Assembly: GCA_963575745.1 (NCBI GenBank) | Contig: CAUYUJ010000126.1 | Span: 434,001 to 498,000 of the forward strand | Length of the DNA: 64,000 nt | Reading direction: 5' to 3' | DNA from: Prorocentrum cordatum | Taxonomy: Eukaryota | Shown: positions 18,446 to 31,089 of the stretch, one piece after another | Layout of the letters: each line of letters starts with the position of its first letter | How positions within the stretch are numbered: the first letter of the stretch is position 1 | Notes under the pieces: model-generated | The model's database searches: none | The model's input: the letters and a program-made list of their open reading frames with translations, nothing else | What the model was told of the DNA's origin: nothing | Program-made: the position numbers and the translations under genes

Positions 18446-18889
18446 GAGGGCGATGGGAGTCCCGAACTGGTTGACATGCGGAGGGCAGATGCAAGAGTGG
18501 GAGGAGGGAGAAACGGGAAGAGGAGCGGAGATGAGAGGAGAGGGGAGGGGAGGAGAGGAGAGGAGAGAAGAGGAGAAGAAGGGAGGGGAGAGGGGAGGAG
18601 AGGAGCGGAGAGGAGATAGGAGAGGAACGGAGAGGAGAGTGGAGAAAAACATGGGCGCGGGGACTGTCTCTTCAAAACGAGGGCCCAGCATCACAGGATG
18701 ACTGGGAAACATGAGTAATCTTATTGATCTGACTACTTGGGGCGAGTGCTCGCAAGACATGAACAGCTCGACCGTCTTCGTTTACACTCGCCGCATGCCC
18801 GTCCCTAAACAACACGCTACCTTCATTATCTTGGCGAAAAGGCCCAAACCATATGTAGTGGCGAGTACTGCCAATGCGAGACACGCCAT

Positions 18890-20072
18890 CGGTGGAGCTC
18901 CCGACGGAGCCGCGAAATGCGTGAAGAGAGGTCAAGGAATACCAAGCAAAATGTACGGGGGAGAAGGGGCGGCATACGGGCGCAACCACTGAGGCCTTAG
19001 GTGTAGCTCCCAATGGGGCCACGGACCGTGTAAAGGCTGCATGCGAGCGCAGCCACTGGGTCCTTAGGTGGGGCTCCCTATGGGACCACAAAACGTGAGG
19101 GGTGTGCCAAATTGAGGGGGTGGCGGCATGCGGGCGCAACCACTGAGGTTTTAGGTGTAGCCCCCTACGGGGCCACGAAACATGTGACGGGGGTGCCAAC
19201 GTGAATGGGTGGCGGCATGCGGGCGCAGCCCCTGGGGCCTTAGGTGGAGCTCCCAATGGGGCCACGAAGCGTTTGAGGGATGTGCCAAAATGAGAGGGTG
19301 CCGGCATGCGGGTGCCGCCCTTGGGGCCTGAGGTGTAGCTCCCGATGGGGTCACGAATGTGCGACGGGTGTGCCAAAAGTGCGGGGGGGGGCGCCATGTG
19401 GGCGCGACCACTGGGGCCTCAGGTGTAGCTCCCTATGGGGCCACGAAACGTGCGAGAGATATACCAGAATGAGGGGGTGGCGGCATGCGGGCGCAGCCAC
19501 TGAGGCATTAGGTGTAGCTCTCTATGGGGCCACGGAAGCGTGCGAGGGGTGTGCCAAAATGCGGGGGTGGCGGCGTGCGGGCACTGCCACTGGGGCCTTA
19601 GTTGGAGGAGCCACGAAACGTGTGAGAGGTGTGCGAACATTAGGGGGTGGCGGCATGTGGGCGCAACCACTGGGGCCTTAGGTGTGGCTCCCTATGGGGT
19701 CAAGGGGGTGGCGGCATGCGGGCGCAACCACTGGGGCTGTAGGCGTAGCTCCCTATGGGGGGCACGAAACGTGTGAAGGATGTAGCAGAATGAGGGGGTG
19801 GCGGCATGCGGGCGCAGCCCCTGAAGCCTTCGGTGTGACTCCCAATGGGGCCACGAAACGTGTGAGCAGCCGTTGGGGCCTTAGGTGTGACTCCCAATTG
19901 GGCCACGAAACGTGTGAGCAGCCGTTGGGGCCTTAGGTGTGGCTCCCAATGGCGCCACGCAGCGTGTGAGGGGTGTGCCAAAATGAGAGGGTGGCGGCAT
20001 GCGAGCGCAAGCACTGAGGCCTTAAGTGTAGCTCCTTATAGGGCCACGAAACGTGTGAAAGATGTACCAAAA
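18890..20072. repeat. Satellite A array
   Basis: ~89-bp units. The last unit is split at CCAAAAT and resumes at 21560. Confidence 0.9.
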
Positions 20073-21559
20073 TCACTCCGGAGGAAACCCCAATCAGTGG
20101 ATTTCAGAATTTGTCGCAGGTGCCTCAATCGGCCTTCCCCCCGCCCTAGTCAAATTCAAAGCAACGTTTGAGCCCAGCCTATGTATTACATGTTCCTCTC
20201 TCTCTTTTTCTCTCTCTCTCTCTCTCTCCCGCTCTATCTCTCTAGTTATATATTGATATAGTACTGCCTATATGTCCCGGTGCATTAATGGATATATATA
20301 TATATATATATACACACACGTGTGCTTACACGCAGTGTATCTTGATGTCTCTCTGTCTACTCCGCCTCTCAGATCATTTATGTACCATAATTGTTCGGTT
20401 CTCTCTCTCTCTTTCTCTCTCTCTCTCTTGTTCCTCCTCTGACCGCAGTGACATCGCAGTGACACGGAGATCGCAGTGACACGGAGACCTCCCCACTAGG
20501 ATATTGGTTGAGGATTCACGTTCGTGTCGCGCGCGCGGGCGCGGCGAAACTGCGCGGGCGGGCGAGAGGGATGAACTCGCCGTTGCCAGGGCGAAGCCGA
20601 ACCAAGCTTTGATGTCCCCCGGGTTGGCCAGCAGTGGCCCTGTGGTGTCCCGATGGTGCCCCGTTGGTGTCCCGAAAATGTCTCGATGGTGTTCCGTGGT
20701 GTCCCGTGGCGCGTGGGTGTCCCTTGCAATGTTATATGCTATGCAATGTCATGCTAGCGATAGTGAGATCGATTGTGCGATCGATACTGATGTCCACCGC
20801 ATGAGATCGAAAGTGAGATCGATCGTGAGATCGGTTGTGAAATCGATAGTGATATTGGTAGTGAGGCCGATTGAGTTAGAACGGTAGTCATATCGATCCA
20901 TGATCGATAGTGATATGGATAATGCTATCGACTGAATGGGATCGATAGTGAAATCGATCGACAGAGCGATCGTGTGTTCGATAATGGTATCGATGGTGAT
21001 ATCGATTGAGTGAGATCGATCGTGAGATCGATAGGGAGATAAGTAGTAAATTCAATAGTGAGAACGATAGTGGCATCGGTGATGACGTCGATAAAGAGAC
21101 CGATAATGAGGGCCATCGTGAGATCGACCGTGAGATCATTCGTGAGATCGACCGTGAGATCATTCGTGAGATCGATGGTGATATGAATAGTGTGATCGAC
21201 AATACGATCGATGGTGGGAACGATTGTGATATCGAGAGTGAGGTCGGTAGTGAGCTCGATAGTGACATCGATTGAATGAGATGGATATGGAGATCGGTAA
21301 TGACATCGATTATGAGATCGACCATGAACCCAAGAATCTGGGACCCAAAAAATGGAACCCCGGAAACCCCGCCGCCCACCGAACCCCGCCGCCCACTGAA
21401 ATCGGCCCAGAACCGGAAACCGGGAACCGGAAACCGGGAAACGGAAAACCTCGCCCCCGGGAACCTGGAACCTGGCGGCCCACCGAAATCGGCCCTGCAC
21501 TTTCGCCAATTCTGTCAATATCTGCTAGGACCCCTTCAGTGCAAGCACTGATTGGGGAT
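20073..21559 (-). mobile_element. Non-autonomous element family Z with asymmetric terminal inverted repeats (Helitron2/HINE-like), inserted in Satellite A
   Basis: CCCCAATCAGTG (20088-20099) is the exact reverse complement of CACTGATTGGGG (21546-21557). The flanks rejoin to the Satellite A unit CCAAAATGAGGGGGTGG with no TSD. Interior is (CT)n, (TA)n, GATCGAT-rich and GGAAACCGG repeats. Confidence 0.7.
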
Positions 21560-21740
21560 TGAGGGGGTGGCGGCATGCGGGCGCAGCCATTGGGGCCTTA
21601 GGTGTAGCTCCCTATGGGGCCACGAAACGTGTGAGGGGTGTGCCAAAATGAGTGTGTGGCGGCATGCGGGCGCCGCCAGTGGAGCTTTAGGTGTAGCTCC
21701 CAATGGGGCCACGAAACGAGTGAGGGGTGTGCTAAAGTGA
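21560..21740. repeat. Satellite A, continuation after element Z, followed by GA-rich tract
   Basis: Same unit. Confidence 0.88.
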
Positions 21741-22034
21741 AGAGGGGTGACGGGAGGAGGAGAAGGAGGAGGAGGAGGAGGAGGAAAACAGGGGAGGGGA
21801 GGGGAGGGGAGGAGAGGAGAGGAGAGAAGAGAGGAAAGGAGAGGATAGGAGAAGAGGGCCGCGGAGGCCGTCTCTTCAACAAGGGCCTTCAGTCCCACAA
21901 GCTGAGATAGCCTGAGTTACCGCGCCGCGCGGTGGCATGATGCTTGCGACCTCTGAGATACGTCTGAGCAAAAAATGAGGACCACGGAAACTGCGCCCCC
22001 GGTCGGGCGGGACATCCCAGATCAGCTCGGATGC

Positions 22035-22204
22035 TCACCATCTGCCCTGCCCGTGGACATTGGCGCCCACCAACATGTTGCTCGGGGTGGCGGCGCCGCT
22101 CCGGGACGTGCCCACCGCGAGGCTAAGGGCAGACTGCTCCGTGGAGTGGACAGAGTCGTTGCTGCCCATCTTCGCTTGGTACCACGCCTCCATCAGGGCT
22201 GGAC
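22035..22204 (-). CDS. RRM-protein gene, terminal exon (GPALMEAWYQAK...GQGRW*)
   Basis: GAG|GT acceptor; phase fits the preceding exon; TGA at 22037-22035. Confidence 0.55.
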
Positions 22205-22525
22205 CTCAACGTCGTTTTTCGTTTTGGTGTCGTATTGTTGTTCGTTTTGCTAGACCTGTTTTCCTGCACCTCCCTGCCACAACGAAAAACATAACACAGC
22301 CGAAGTCCAGCAAAGCTCGGGTCGGGCGAAAGGGGGGATAGCAAAGGGGAGGTTTGAGAATCAGCTCACGTAGCTGATTTTCCCGGCGCCTCCCGGCGCC
22401 GGAGACGGCTATGTATCGAGGAATGGGCCCCTCGGTGAGGCCGAAACCAGCTGCAAGCAGCAAATTTCGTACCCCCCCTTTCCCAATCCCCCCGTTCGCC
22501 CGGCCCGAAAAACAGCGTTTGGGTC

Positions 22526-22919
22526 CATCCCTGGCCTCTATCTCCAGGACCTCTGTGACCTCCGAGCGGGGGCAGGCCAGGCAGACCTGGGGGCCCCTCC
22601 TGCGTCGGCGGCGCCTCGCGGCGGACGAGTTCTTCTGGCCCACGATGGCCCTCCTGCTGCGGCTGGCCTGGAAGTGCCACGCGCGCTGCTGCTCGTCCTC
22701 CAGCACCACGAGGCCGCGCTGGCAGTCCGACAGGGCGCGCTCCGCGGCCTCCGGGCCCGCGAACTCGACGAACGCGTAGCGAGCGTTGCCGACGACGTCG
22801 CGGAACACGGCGCAGCGCTGCACCGCGCCCTCCTCACACGCGTCGAAGGCGAGGCAGAGCTCGTCGTCCGACGCCCGGCGCGGGAAGTTTGCGATCACCA
22901 GGGTCCTCCGCACCGCCTC
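22526..22919 (-). CDS. RRM-protein gene, exon with the RNA-recognition motif
   Basis: RNP2-like LVIANF and RNP1-like RYAFVEF, then AERAL. TTTGAAG|G acceptor. GA donor at 22525 inferred from phase. Confidence 0.8.
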
Positions 22920-23073
22920 CTTCAAAGGGGCCCAAGGACAGTAGACACAAATACCAAGATTCCCAATCTGTTGTCATATTTTCTTGACTTCCGTCGTCCC
23001 CCCCACTGCCCATGTCTTCCCCCATTTTCCAGGGGAGCCGACGATGAAGCGTGTCTGTGTGTCTCTTCCCCTC

Positions 23074-23269
23074 CTGATCCTTGTGAGACGACAGCGCCTG
23101 GGGCTGCCAGCGCGCGGCGCCGCCGGGCGGCTCGGGCGGCGGCAGCCTCCCCGCGGCGGCGGGCGCCGCCGCGGGGAGGCTGCCGATGCGGCCCAGGCCC
23201 GGCCGCGGCGCGGAGCCAGGAGCGACGGCGCGCGGCGCCCGCGCCGCCGCCCGCGGCGCAGCGGCTGCC
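23074..23269 (-). CDS. RRM-protein gene, Ala/Pro-rich exon
   Basis: ATGAG|G acceptor and CAG|GA donor; phases match both neighbours. Confidence 0.55.
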
Positions 23270-23456
23270 CTCATGCGAGGCGGGGGGTGTATCCACAACC
23301 ACCGCCTGGGAACCGACGCCTTGGTGCCCCAGCGGACGGTGGGTCTGGCTATATGTTGGCCCCTGGGGGCCCGAACATATCCATATCCACCGACTGCCGA
23401 GGTCTCCGAAAACTGATCTTCCAGGCGGTGGTCATGCATAAAGTCCAGCCTCGGAC

Positions 23457-23588
23457 CTCAGGGCTCCGGGGCGGCGGGCGGCGTCTTCGGCACCCCGGCT
23501 GGCGTCGGCCACGGAAGCATGGAAAGCGGAGAATCGGGGCGACTCTTCCTGGGCAGGTTCCGGCGGCACCCCCTGCTGCCAAAGGTGC

Positions 23589-23622
<34 letters not shown>

Positions 23623-23752
23623 GCTGGACCTCCGCGTTCTCGTCCTCGTCGTCACTGTCGGAGGCGGCGGCGGCGGCGGCGCCCATGAGGAACGCCTCCA
23701 CCGCCCTCTGGATGTTTTGCACGACGGTGTCGTCGGAACCCACACCTTCCTC
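23457..23752 (-). CDS. RRM-protein gene, acidic/poly-Q exon (EEGVGSDDTVVQNIQRAVEAFL...)
   Basis: TAAAG|G acceptor and AG|GT donor (phase 2) joining in frame to the next exon. Confidence 0.6.
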
Positions 23753-23815
23753 CTTTAGAGTCGAAGTATGTTCAACTCTGTTACCTTCGTGAAGGCTCGA
23801 ATCATGCATGGCCGC

Positions 23816-23842
23816 CTGCGCGTCACTGTGCGTGGAGCACAT
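23816..23842 (-). CDS. RRM-protein gene, putative first exon (MCSTHSDAQ)
   Basis: First ATG downstream of the relic SL; CAG|GC donor. The 63-nt intron is in frame without a stop and may be coding instead. Confidence 0.4.
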
Positions 23843-23886
23843 AATGTAACAAAGCGTGAGCGCAAAACAACTGGGCAAACAAACGT

Positions 23887-23903
23887 TTGAGCCAAAAGGG
23901 GCT
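23887..23903 (-). other. Relic (degenerate) spliced leader upstream of the RRM gene
   Basis: Minus strand AGCCCCTTTTGGCTCAA resembles DinoSL AGCCATTTTGGCTCAAG; lies ~45 nt before the ATG. Confidence 0.65.
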
Positions 23904-24015
23904 TGGACCACATATGCTGCCCCATCCAGAGGGACCACGTTTTCGCCTGAGCCCCCCAAAACAGCCTTGTCGGGCGCAAGAGCAAGATGACGACGGAGAC
24001 TGCGACAACAACAAA

Positions 24016-25855
24016 TTATCCCGGCAAAGCAACCAAACAGCGATGTGTATAACCATATCTGGAAGTATTCCCCTTAAGATTCAGGTGAGAATCCAGTTGT
24101 AGAATTCTGCTGTTCTCGCAGTCGCAGTCGCATGCGCAATGACAGTCGCAGTGGCAACGGCCTGAGGATCCAATGGAATCCTAAGGACTCCTACGGATTC
24201 CTAAGGCTTCCTTAGGCATCCTTAGGAATCCATAGGAATCCTTAGGAAACCTTAGGAATCCTGATTCCTAGGGATTCCTATGGATTCCTAAGGATTCCTA
24301 GGGAATCCTAAGAATTCCGAAGGATTCGCCTGCCTCGGCCTCAGCCTCAGCCTGCCTCAGCCTCAGCCTGCCTCAGCCTCAGCCTCAGCCTGTCTCAGCC
24401 TCAGCCTGCCTCAGCATCAGCCTCAGCCTCAGCCTCAGCCTGCCTCGGCTTGCCTCGGCCTCAGCCTCAGCCTGCCTCGGCCTCAGCCTCAGCCTCAGCC
24501 TGCCTCAGCCTCAGCCTCAGCCTGCCTCAGCCACAGCCTGCATCAGCCTCAGCCTCAGCCTGCCTCATCCCCAACTTGCCTCAGCCTCAGCCACAGCCTC
24601 AGCCTCAGCCTGCCTTAGCTTCAGCCTCAGCCTCAGCCTGCCTCGGTTTGCCTCAGCCTCAGCCTGAGCCTGCCTCGACCTCAGCCTCAGCCTCAGCCTC
24701 AGCGTCAGCCTCTCAGCCTCAGCCTGCATCAGCCTCAGCCTCAGCCTGCCTCAGCCTCAGCCTCAGCCTGCCTCAGCCTCAGCCTGCATCAGCCTCAGCC
24801 TCAGCCTGCCTCAGCCGCAGCTTGCCTCAGCCTCAGCCACTGCCTCAGCCTCAGTCTCAGCCTCAGCCTGCCTCAGCTTCAGCCTCAGCCTGCTTCGGCT
24901 TGCCTCAGCCTCAGCCTCAGCCTGCCTCGGCCTCAGCCTCAGCCTCAGCCTGCCTCAGCCTCAGCGTCAGCCTCTCAGCCTGAGCCTGCATCAGCCTCAG
25001 CCTCAGCCTCAGCCTCAGCCTGCCTCAGCCTAAGCCTCAGCCTGCCTCAGCCTCAGCCTGCCTCAGCCCCAACTTCAGCCGGCCCCAGCCTGCGTCAGCC
25101 TCAGCCTCAGCCTGCCTCAGCCTCAGCCTGCCTCAGCCTCAGCCTCAGCCTGCCTCGGCGTGCCTCAGCCCCAGCCTGCCTCGGCCTCAGCCTGCCTCGG
25201 CCTCAGCCGCGTCAGCTCGAACATTCAAAGTATGGCACAAGACTGGTGTTCTGGGAACACGAAGATCACGAAGTGGCCCACAGCTGGCTCCGGGCAATCA
25301 AAATATGGTACAGGAATGGTGGTCCGGGAACACGAAGAACACTAAGTGGCCTACAGTTCGCTATGGGCATTCAAAATGTGGCCTGGGAGTGGTGTTCTGG
25401 GAACACGAAGAACACGAAGTGGCCTACGGTTGGCTCCGGGCATTCAAAATGTGGCCTGGGCGCAGTGTTCTGGGAAAAACGAAGAACACGAAGTGGCCTA
25501 CAGTTGGCTCCAGGCATTCAAAATGTAGCCTGGGAGTGGAGTTCTGGGAACACGAAGAACACGAAGTGGCCTACAGTTGGTTCCAGGTATTCAAAATGTG
25601 GATTGGGAATGGTGTTCTGGGAGCACGAAGAACACGAAGTGGCCCACAGTTGGCTCCGGGCATTCGAAATGTGGCCTGGGAGTTGTGTTTTGGGAATGTA
25701 TTCCTAAAGTTTCCTAAGAATTCCTGAGGATTCCTAAGGATTCCTGGGACTGCACTTTTGTCTGGTTCTGTCCGGATCCCGCCCAGACCCCCTGGGGCGT
25801 CAAGATGTTCTCTTTTGAAACCACTAAAAACCTATCAGTAGAAGCTGTTAGGTAA
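24016..25855 (-). mobile_element. Family X copy 1: non-autonomous element with asymmetric TIRs, carrying GGAATCCTAAGGATTCC palindromic repeats, (CCTCAG)n and a ~73-bp tandem repeat
   Basis: Left end TTATCCCGGCAAAGCAACC(A/T)AACAGCGATG and right end CCTATCAG...GCTGTTAGGTAA are shared with three more copies. Confidence 0.8.
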
Positions 25856-25971
25856 AAGCCAGACCAAACAAAACGGGAAACGTCGCTTTTGTCCAGTCCA
25901 CTAGGTTTGTGAAACATGCTTTGTTGTTGGCTTGCCGCGCAAGTATGTCGTGGCGTGCGTGCGTTTGCGCG

Positions 25972-26339
25972 TGGTGGTCTGCCGTGCTGGTCTGCCGTGC
26001 TGCTGTGGTCTGCTACGCTTCTGTGGTATGCCGTGCTGGTCTGCAATGCTGGTCTGCTGTGTTGGTCTGCTGTGCTGATAAAGTATGTTATGTCCCTTTG
26101 GTATGCCGTGCTGGTTTGCCGTGCTTGGCTGCCGTGCTGGTTCGTCGTGATGCTCAACCTTGCTGTTGTGGTAGGATATGTTCTTATGGTTTGCCGTGAA
26201 AATGTTCCGTGCTGCTGCCGTCCGCTATGCTCCTGTGGTCTACCGTGCTGGTAAGCCCGGCGCCGAATTGACGAAATCGGTAATGGTATGCTGCACTGGT
26301 CTGCCGTACTGGTCTGCCTTGCTGGTCTGCCGTGCTGCT
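25972..26339. repeat. 13-bp satellite (GCTGGTCTGCCGT)n, degenerate; further pieces at ~31040-31089, ~32751-32860 and ~34372-34453
   Basis: Repeated GCTGGTCTGCCGT variants. Confidence 0.85.
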
Positions 26340-29300
26340 GTGAAAGTGAAAATGAAAGCCGGGGCTTTAAAAAAGGCTCTCCGGAGGAGCCCTCCAATAC
26401 AAGAAAAACGGGGCGGCCCTAAAAGGCCACGGCAGGCGGAGGCGGGCCAGCCGACAGGCTTGATTTAGGGCCCCCCAGACGCCAAGCCCACCCCTCACGC
26501 ACGGCAGTCGGACACCACAACATGACCCTGCACACAAATCACAACGAGCGAGTGTGCACCCAGTAAAGTACAGACACAAAGCTCGACAAGATGCAACGGC
26601 AATCGGGCACCACGAAATGACCGCGCTAACAAATCTCAACCGAGCGAGTGTGCAGCGAAGACAGTACAGGCACAACGCTCGACGAGATGCAAAGGAAGAA
26701 AGAACATATACTACATTATTAAATCATCACTCTTCTCGGCCCTGGCGCCGAGGCGATCCGCGCGGCGGCGCACGCGCCTGCGCTCGACCGCACTGACAGC
26801 GGCGTGAGCGCTGGCGGTCAGCTCGGCCTCGCCCAGGCCGTAGGCCGCCAGGAGGTCGCCGCGGGCCACCGCGCCTTGGCCGCCTGCCGCAGTCCCCGAA
26901 GCCTCAGGCGCAGGCCCGCCGCTCGCTCCGCGCGCACTGCCGCCGCCTCCAGGCGCGGCCCGAGGGCCTGCGGCGGCCTCGGCGCACGGGCGCTCGACCC
27001 CATGCCCGCTCGCACCTGCGGCTCCGCTGGAGCCCGCGGCACTGGCGCCCACGCCGCTTGCCGCTGGCTGCTCGGCCAGGACTCCGAGCCACTCCAGGTA
27101 GCGCTCCCGGGCATCTGCCGGCAGCGGCCCTTGCCCTCGGAGGCCGGGGATGGCCTGGTCCATCTGGCGCTGCTTCGCCGACCGCGGCCTCCCACCTGGG
27201 TGGGGTCCGCGCCCCCGCAGGCCGCGCTGGTCGCGCCCGCTCGCGTCCGCCCCGTCGGCCAGGCAGGGCCCCTTCGGCCGCGGCTTGACCCCGGGGCGGC
27301 CTCCGAGCAACATGTAGGATCCGCACTTGGCGCACGCCACCAGCTCCTGGGTCTGCTCGTCGTCGCCGCAGCAGGCGCAGCTGAGGGCGCGCCCGAGGAT
27401 GCTGATGGCCGCCGCGCCAGCCGAGAGGGCCGCGGCGCTGCCGGCCGAGCGGGCGCTCTCCAGGCGCGGCGCCTCGGGCGCCGGGCCCTCCTCGGCAGGC
27501 GGGGCCCGCGGGTCCGGCGGCACCTCGAAGCGGGCCTGCCGCCGCTCGCCAGCCTCAGGGAGGGCCTCGCAGCCCTTCTCGCTGATGCCTTCCCAGATGA
27601 CCGCTGCCTGGCCAATCCACCGTGCCAGCTCGCCGACCCCCTCAGCCAGCGCATGGTGCTCGCCGACGGCCTGGCTGTCCACGGCATTCAGCCTGGCCCC
27701 CATCTTGGCGAGGCGGTCGGCGCGGTCGTTCCCGCGCCGCCGGGCCTCCGCGAGGCGCCCATCCAGCACGGCCTGGCGGCTGCAGTGCGCGGGCACCTTC
27801 AGCGCTGCAAACGAGCCAGGCTCGAAGACCGCGTGGATCCTGCTTCAGAGGTGAGAGTTGGCCCTGCTGGGCGCCGTGGCGCAGGCTCGGCCCCGCGAAA
27901 GGCAGGAGACGGTGAAGCTGCAATCGACGTGAACCTCCCCGACCGCTGGCCCTGCATAATTGGCCAGCATCCACAGCGCGAAATCCTCCCCGTCCTTGGC
28001 CGTCTGCCGCGGGCAGAAGTCCCGCCTCGCCGTGCCGTGGGCGCCCGCGGCGAGGTCGCCGTCGTCGTCGCCTGCGCAGTGGCCCAGCCCGCTCGGCGAA
28101 GGGAGCCGAAGTGCGGCTCGAGAGCCGAGCCGTCCAAGCGCAGCTCCCCGTTCTGCGCGTCGTCGGGCGGCCCGCGGATCCACCGCGCACTCGCGGCGTC
28201 TGCGCGGCGGCCCTGCGGAGGGGGCGGCGCTGGGAGCCAGCAGCGCGCGAAGTCCTCTCCTGCCGCCTCGCTCTGGGCGCGGACCCGCTCAGCGCACCTG
28301 GCGAGGCGCGGAGACACGCTGTCCCTCCGCTGGGCCGCGAGCATGGGGCACTCGAACAGTCTGCGCCAGAAGGCGCCACGCGCCTCTCCACAGCAGCGGC
28401 GCCTGGCGTGGCCGCGCCCCTCGGCGTCGCACAGCCTGGCCCGCGCCCAGTGCGCGTTGGAGATATAGGCGATCAGCGCGCGCTGCTCTCGCTCGCCTAG
28501 GTCGCCCCCAAGCCCGAGCAGCGGCGCGATGGCATCCCAGAACAGCAGCCCCAGAGACACCCTGCCGCGGGAGAGCTTCCGCATCTCATGGCGATCGGAG
28601 GCGCGGCGCGCCCCGGGCCCTGCCTCGATCCCCAGCTCGCGCGGGCCCCTCTCCGCGCCCGCGGCTTGCAGCGCGATGTCGTCGACGACGCTGCGGGCCA
28701 CCGCCACAGGCCTGCCACCTGCAGAGGCGGCGCGGAGCGCCCCCAACACAGGCAGCTTGGCGACCGTAGTGGCGCATGCGCAGCCCGCCAACACGGCGCC
28801 CTGCGTGCCGAAAACATCTGAGGCGAGGCCGACGAAGCTGATGAACCTGGGGCTCTGGCACATCACGAGCAACCCCTTCAGCAAGCGGAGTTTGAAGCCA
28901 TGCTCGATGGCGCAGCTCCAGAGCACGTCGTGCCGCAGGTTCTCGTAAAACTTCGTGATGTCCAGGAAGGGGCTGGCTGGGGCAAACCCGCTCTCGCGGG
29001 CGAAGGCCGCGAACTGGCTGTGGAACCACCCTGCCTTCTCGCAGAGTCGACCCGCCTTGCCCAAGAAGGAACGATAGTCGCGATCCGCCTCCCGCAGCGC
29101 ACAGGCGGGCTGCCCGAGGCGGCTCCGGAGGCGGAGGAGGAGCGGAATGAAGGCGATCGGCCTCGCTCCTCCGTCGGCCTTGGGGATGAACACCATCATG
29201 GTCGCGAACGCCCCCCAGCGCTTGAAGCCGCTCCTCGTAGGCAGCAAGGATGTCCAGGCACCTCAGCTGCAGGGCCACAGGCAGGAGCACCAGCTGCCGT

Positions 29301-31030
29301 GGATGCAGCTGGTCGGCCCCCAGGCCCGCAGTCGGCGAGTAGCGCCTGCAAGTCACCTGCAGCATCTCGAGCGTGATGGGAGACATCCCCCGGCCCTGGA
29401 TGTCCCAGCCGCCGACGCCTGCACGCGCGGCGAAATGGCAGCAGCTTCTGCCAATTCGCCTCCAGCTGCTCGGCGGCCAGCATGCCCGCCAGCGGCCTGC
29501 CCGTGGCGGGGTCGACGACCTTCGGGGGGGACACGGCCCTCGAGAGACCGTGGGCCAGCCTGCCCCCGCGCTGGACCGCCCCCTTGGCCCAAGCCCGCCA
29601 GGTCGCCGCGCCCCAAGCGCCGTCGCGGCGCTGGGGGGCCGCGAGGCGCAGCTGGAGGACCTGGACGGCGCCGCCGTGCCCGAGCGCTCCCGCCTGGCTG
29701 ACAAGGTCGCCCCGCTCGCTGGCGTCGAAGCCGAGGGTCTCGACCTCATCCTCCTGGCAGGCCGAGGCGATGGTCTCCTCGAAAAGGCGCGTCGCACGCC
29801 CGGCCTGGAGGGCGTGCCAGGGCTCGCGGGGCGGGTGCCATCTCTGCGTCCGCTCGGCCATCAGTCGCTGCAGCGGTAGGTCCAGCGCCTGGCGGATGGC
29901 GCGCGTGAGCCCCGAGTGCCGATGGCGGCACTCGCGCTTCACCACGGCGCTGAGGGGCTTGAGCACACGCCTGGGCCCCTCCCCTCTCCCAAGGTAGCGC
30001 TTGGAGTCCGCGGTCTGGATCCCGTGGATTCCGACCAACGCGCCCTCCACCGCCTCCGCCCACGGGCGAGCCGCCGCGGGCAGGTCGGGCGGGAGGGGGC
30101 CGACCTCCCAGCTCCAGCGGCAGGGCTGCGCCTTCCACCTGGCGCGCCCGACGAGGCGGTGCACCTGGACCAGGGCGTCGCCGCGCTCGCAGCAGTCGTC
30201 GGCGTCGACGTCGGGGAAACGCCCAGGGCGGACGAGCACCTGCACCAGCGCGTCGGGCCTGACGTCCTGCAGCAGCAAGCGCACTGGCTTGTGGGGGAAG
30301 GGCCCGAGCCATCCAGTGCGGCTGCCTCCGCGACCCCGTGGGCGAGGCAGTATGAGCTCGCCAACCAGTCGTGCACGTGCTCAGCCCCTTGAGCCCTGCA
30401 GGTGGCCCCCGACGGGCCGAGGTACGCCCCGCGCTGCACGTTGGGCCAGCCGAGCTAGCGCAGGGTGCCAGGCTCCATGTTGAAGTCCCCTTACACCAGC
30501 CAGGGCAGCCCCACGGCGAGCACCGTGCCCCAGAAAGTGGCGAAGATGTCCAGGTTGACGACCTTGGGCCCCAGCCCGTCCTGCAGGTAGAAGGAGCAGG
30601 CCAGAAACTCCAGCCCTGAAGCAGCCGCGACCGTGACCCCGATGATGCGGTGTCCGAGGTCGTCAGGGTCCAGCCAGTCCACCTTGCCACCTTGAAGGTC
30701 GTCGCGGACCAAAACGCCGACGCCCCCAGAGTGCGCCAGCGGCCCCTCCTTGTCAGTCGCGGCCGAGGCGTGGAGGAAGGCTGCACAGCCCAAGCCCCTG
30801 GCCCTGCCGCGCGCCGCCTGCATCTGGTGCGGGGCCAGGCGCGTCTCCTGGATCAGCACCAGGTGGGGCCGCGAGCCCTCGCGGCTCACGAAGGCCTCGA
30901 GGACCTCCAGGCTGCGGCGCCACGCGTTGCCGTTGATCCCCAGGACCTCCAGGCCGCAGCGGACCTGCCGCTTGGCTGCAGCTGACTCGCCTGGCGCAGG
31001 TGGGAGCTGCACCCTGCCGCCGCCAATGCG
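26340..31030 (-). mobile_element. LINE family B copy 1 (APE-RT-RNase H; 5'-truncated, internal deletion near 28650, frameshifted), (TTTCAC)n tail
   Basis: APE: GING, LIQETRL, HSGGVGVLV, SFYL. RT: FIPKADGGARPIA, FLDITKFYE, VLAGCACAT, VVDDI. RNase H: LDGS, AKDGE, VDC, RRGNDRADRLAKMGA. Confidence 0.92.
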
Positions 31031-31089
31031 GGCGGCGGCGTGCTGCTGTGGTCTACTATGGCCCTGTGGTCTGCCGCGCTGGTCGGTCA

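Noticed and set aside
25246..25700. ~73-bp repeats as a CRISPR or ncRNA array
   Set aside because: Full-unit tandem repeat without variable spacers; internal to family X
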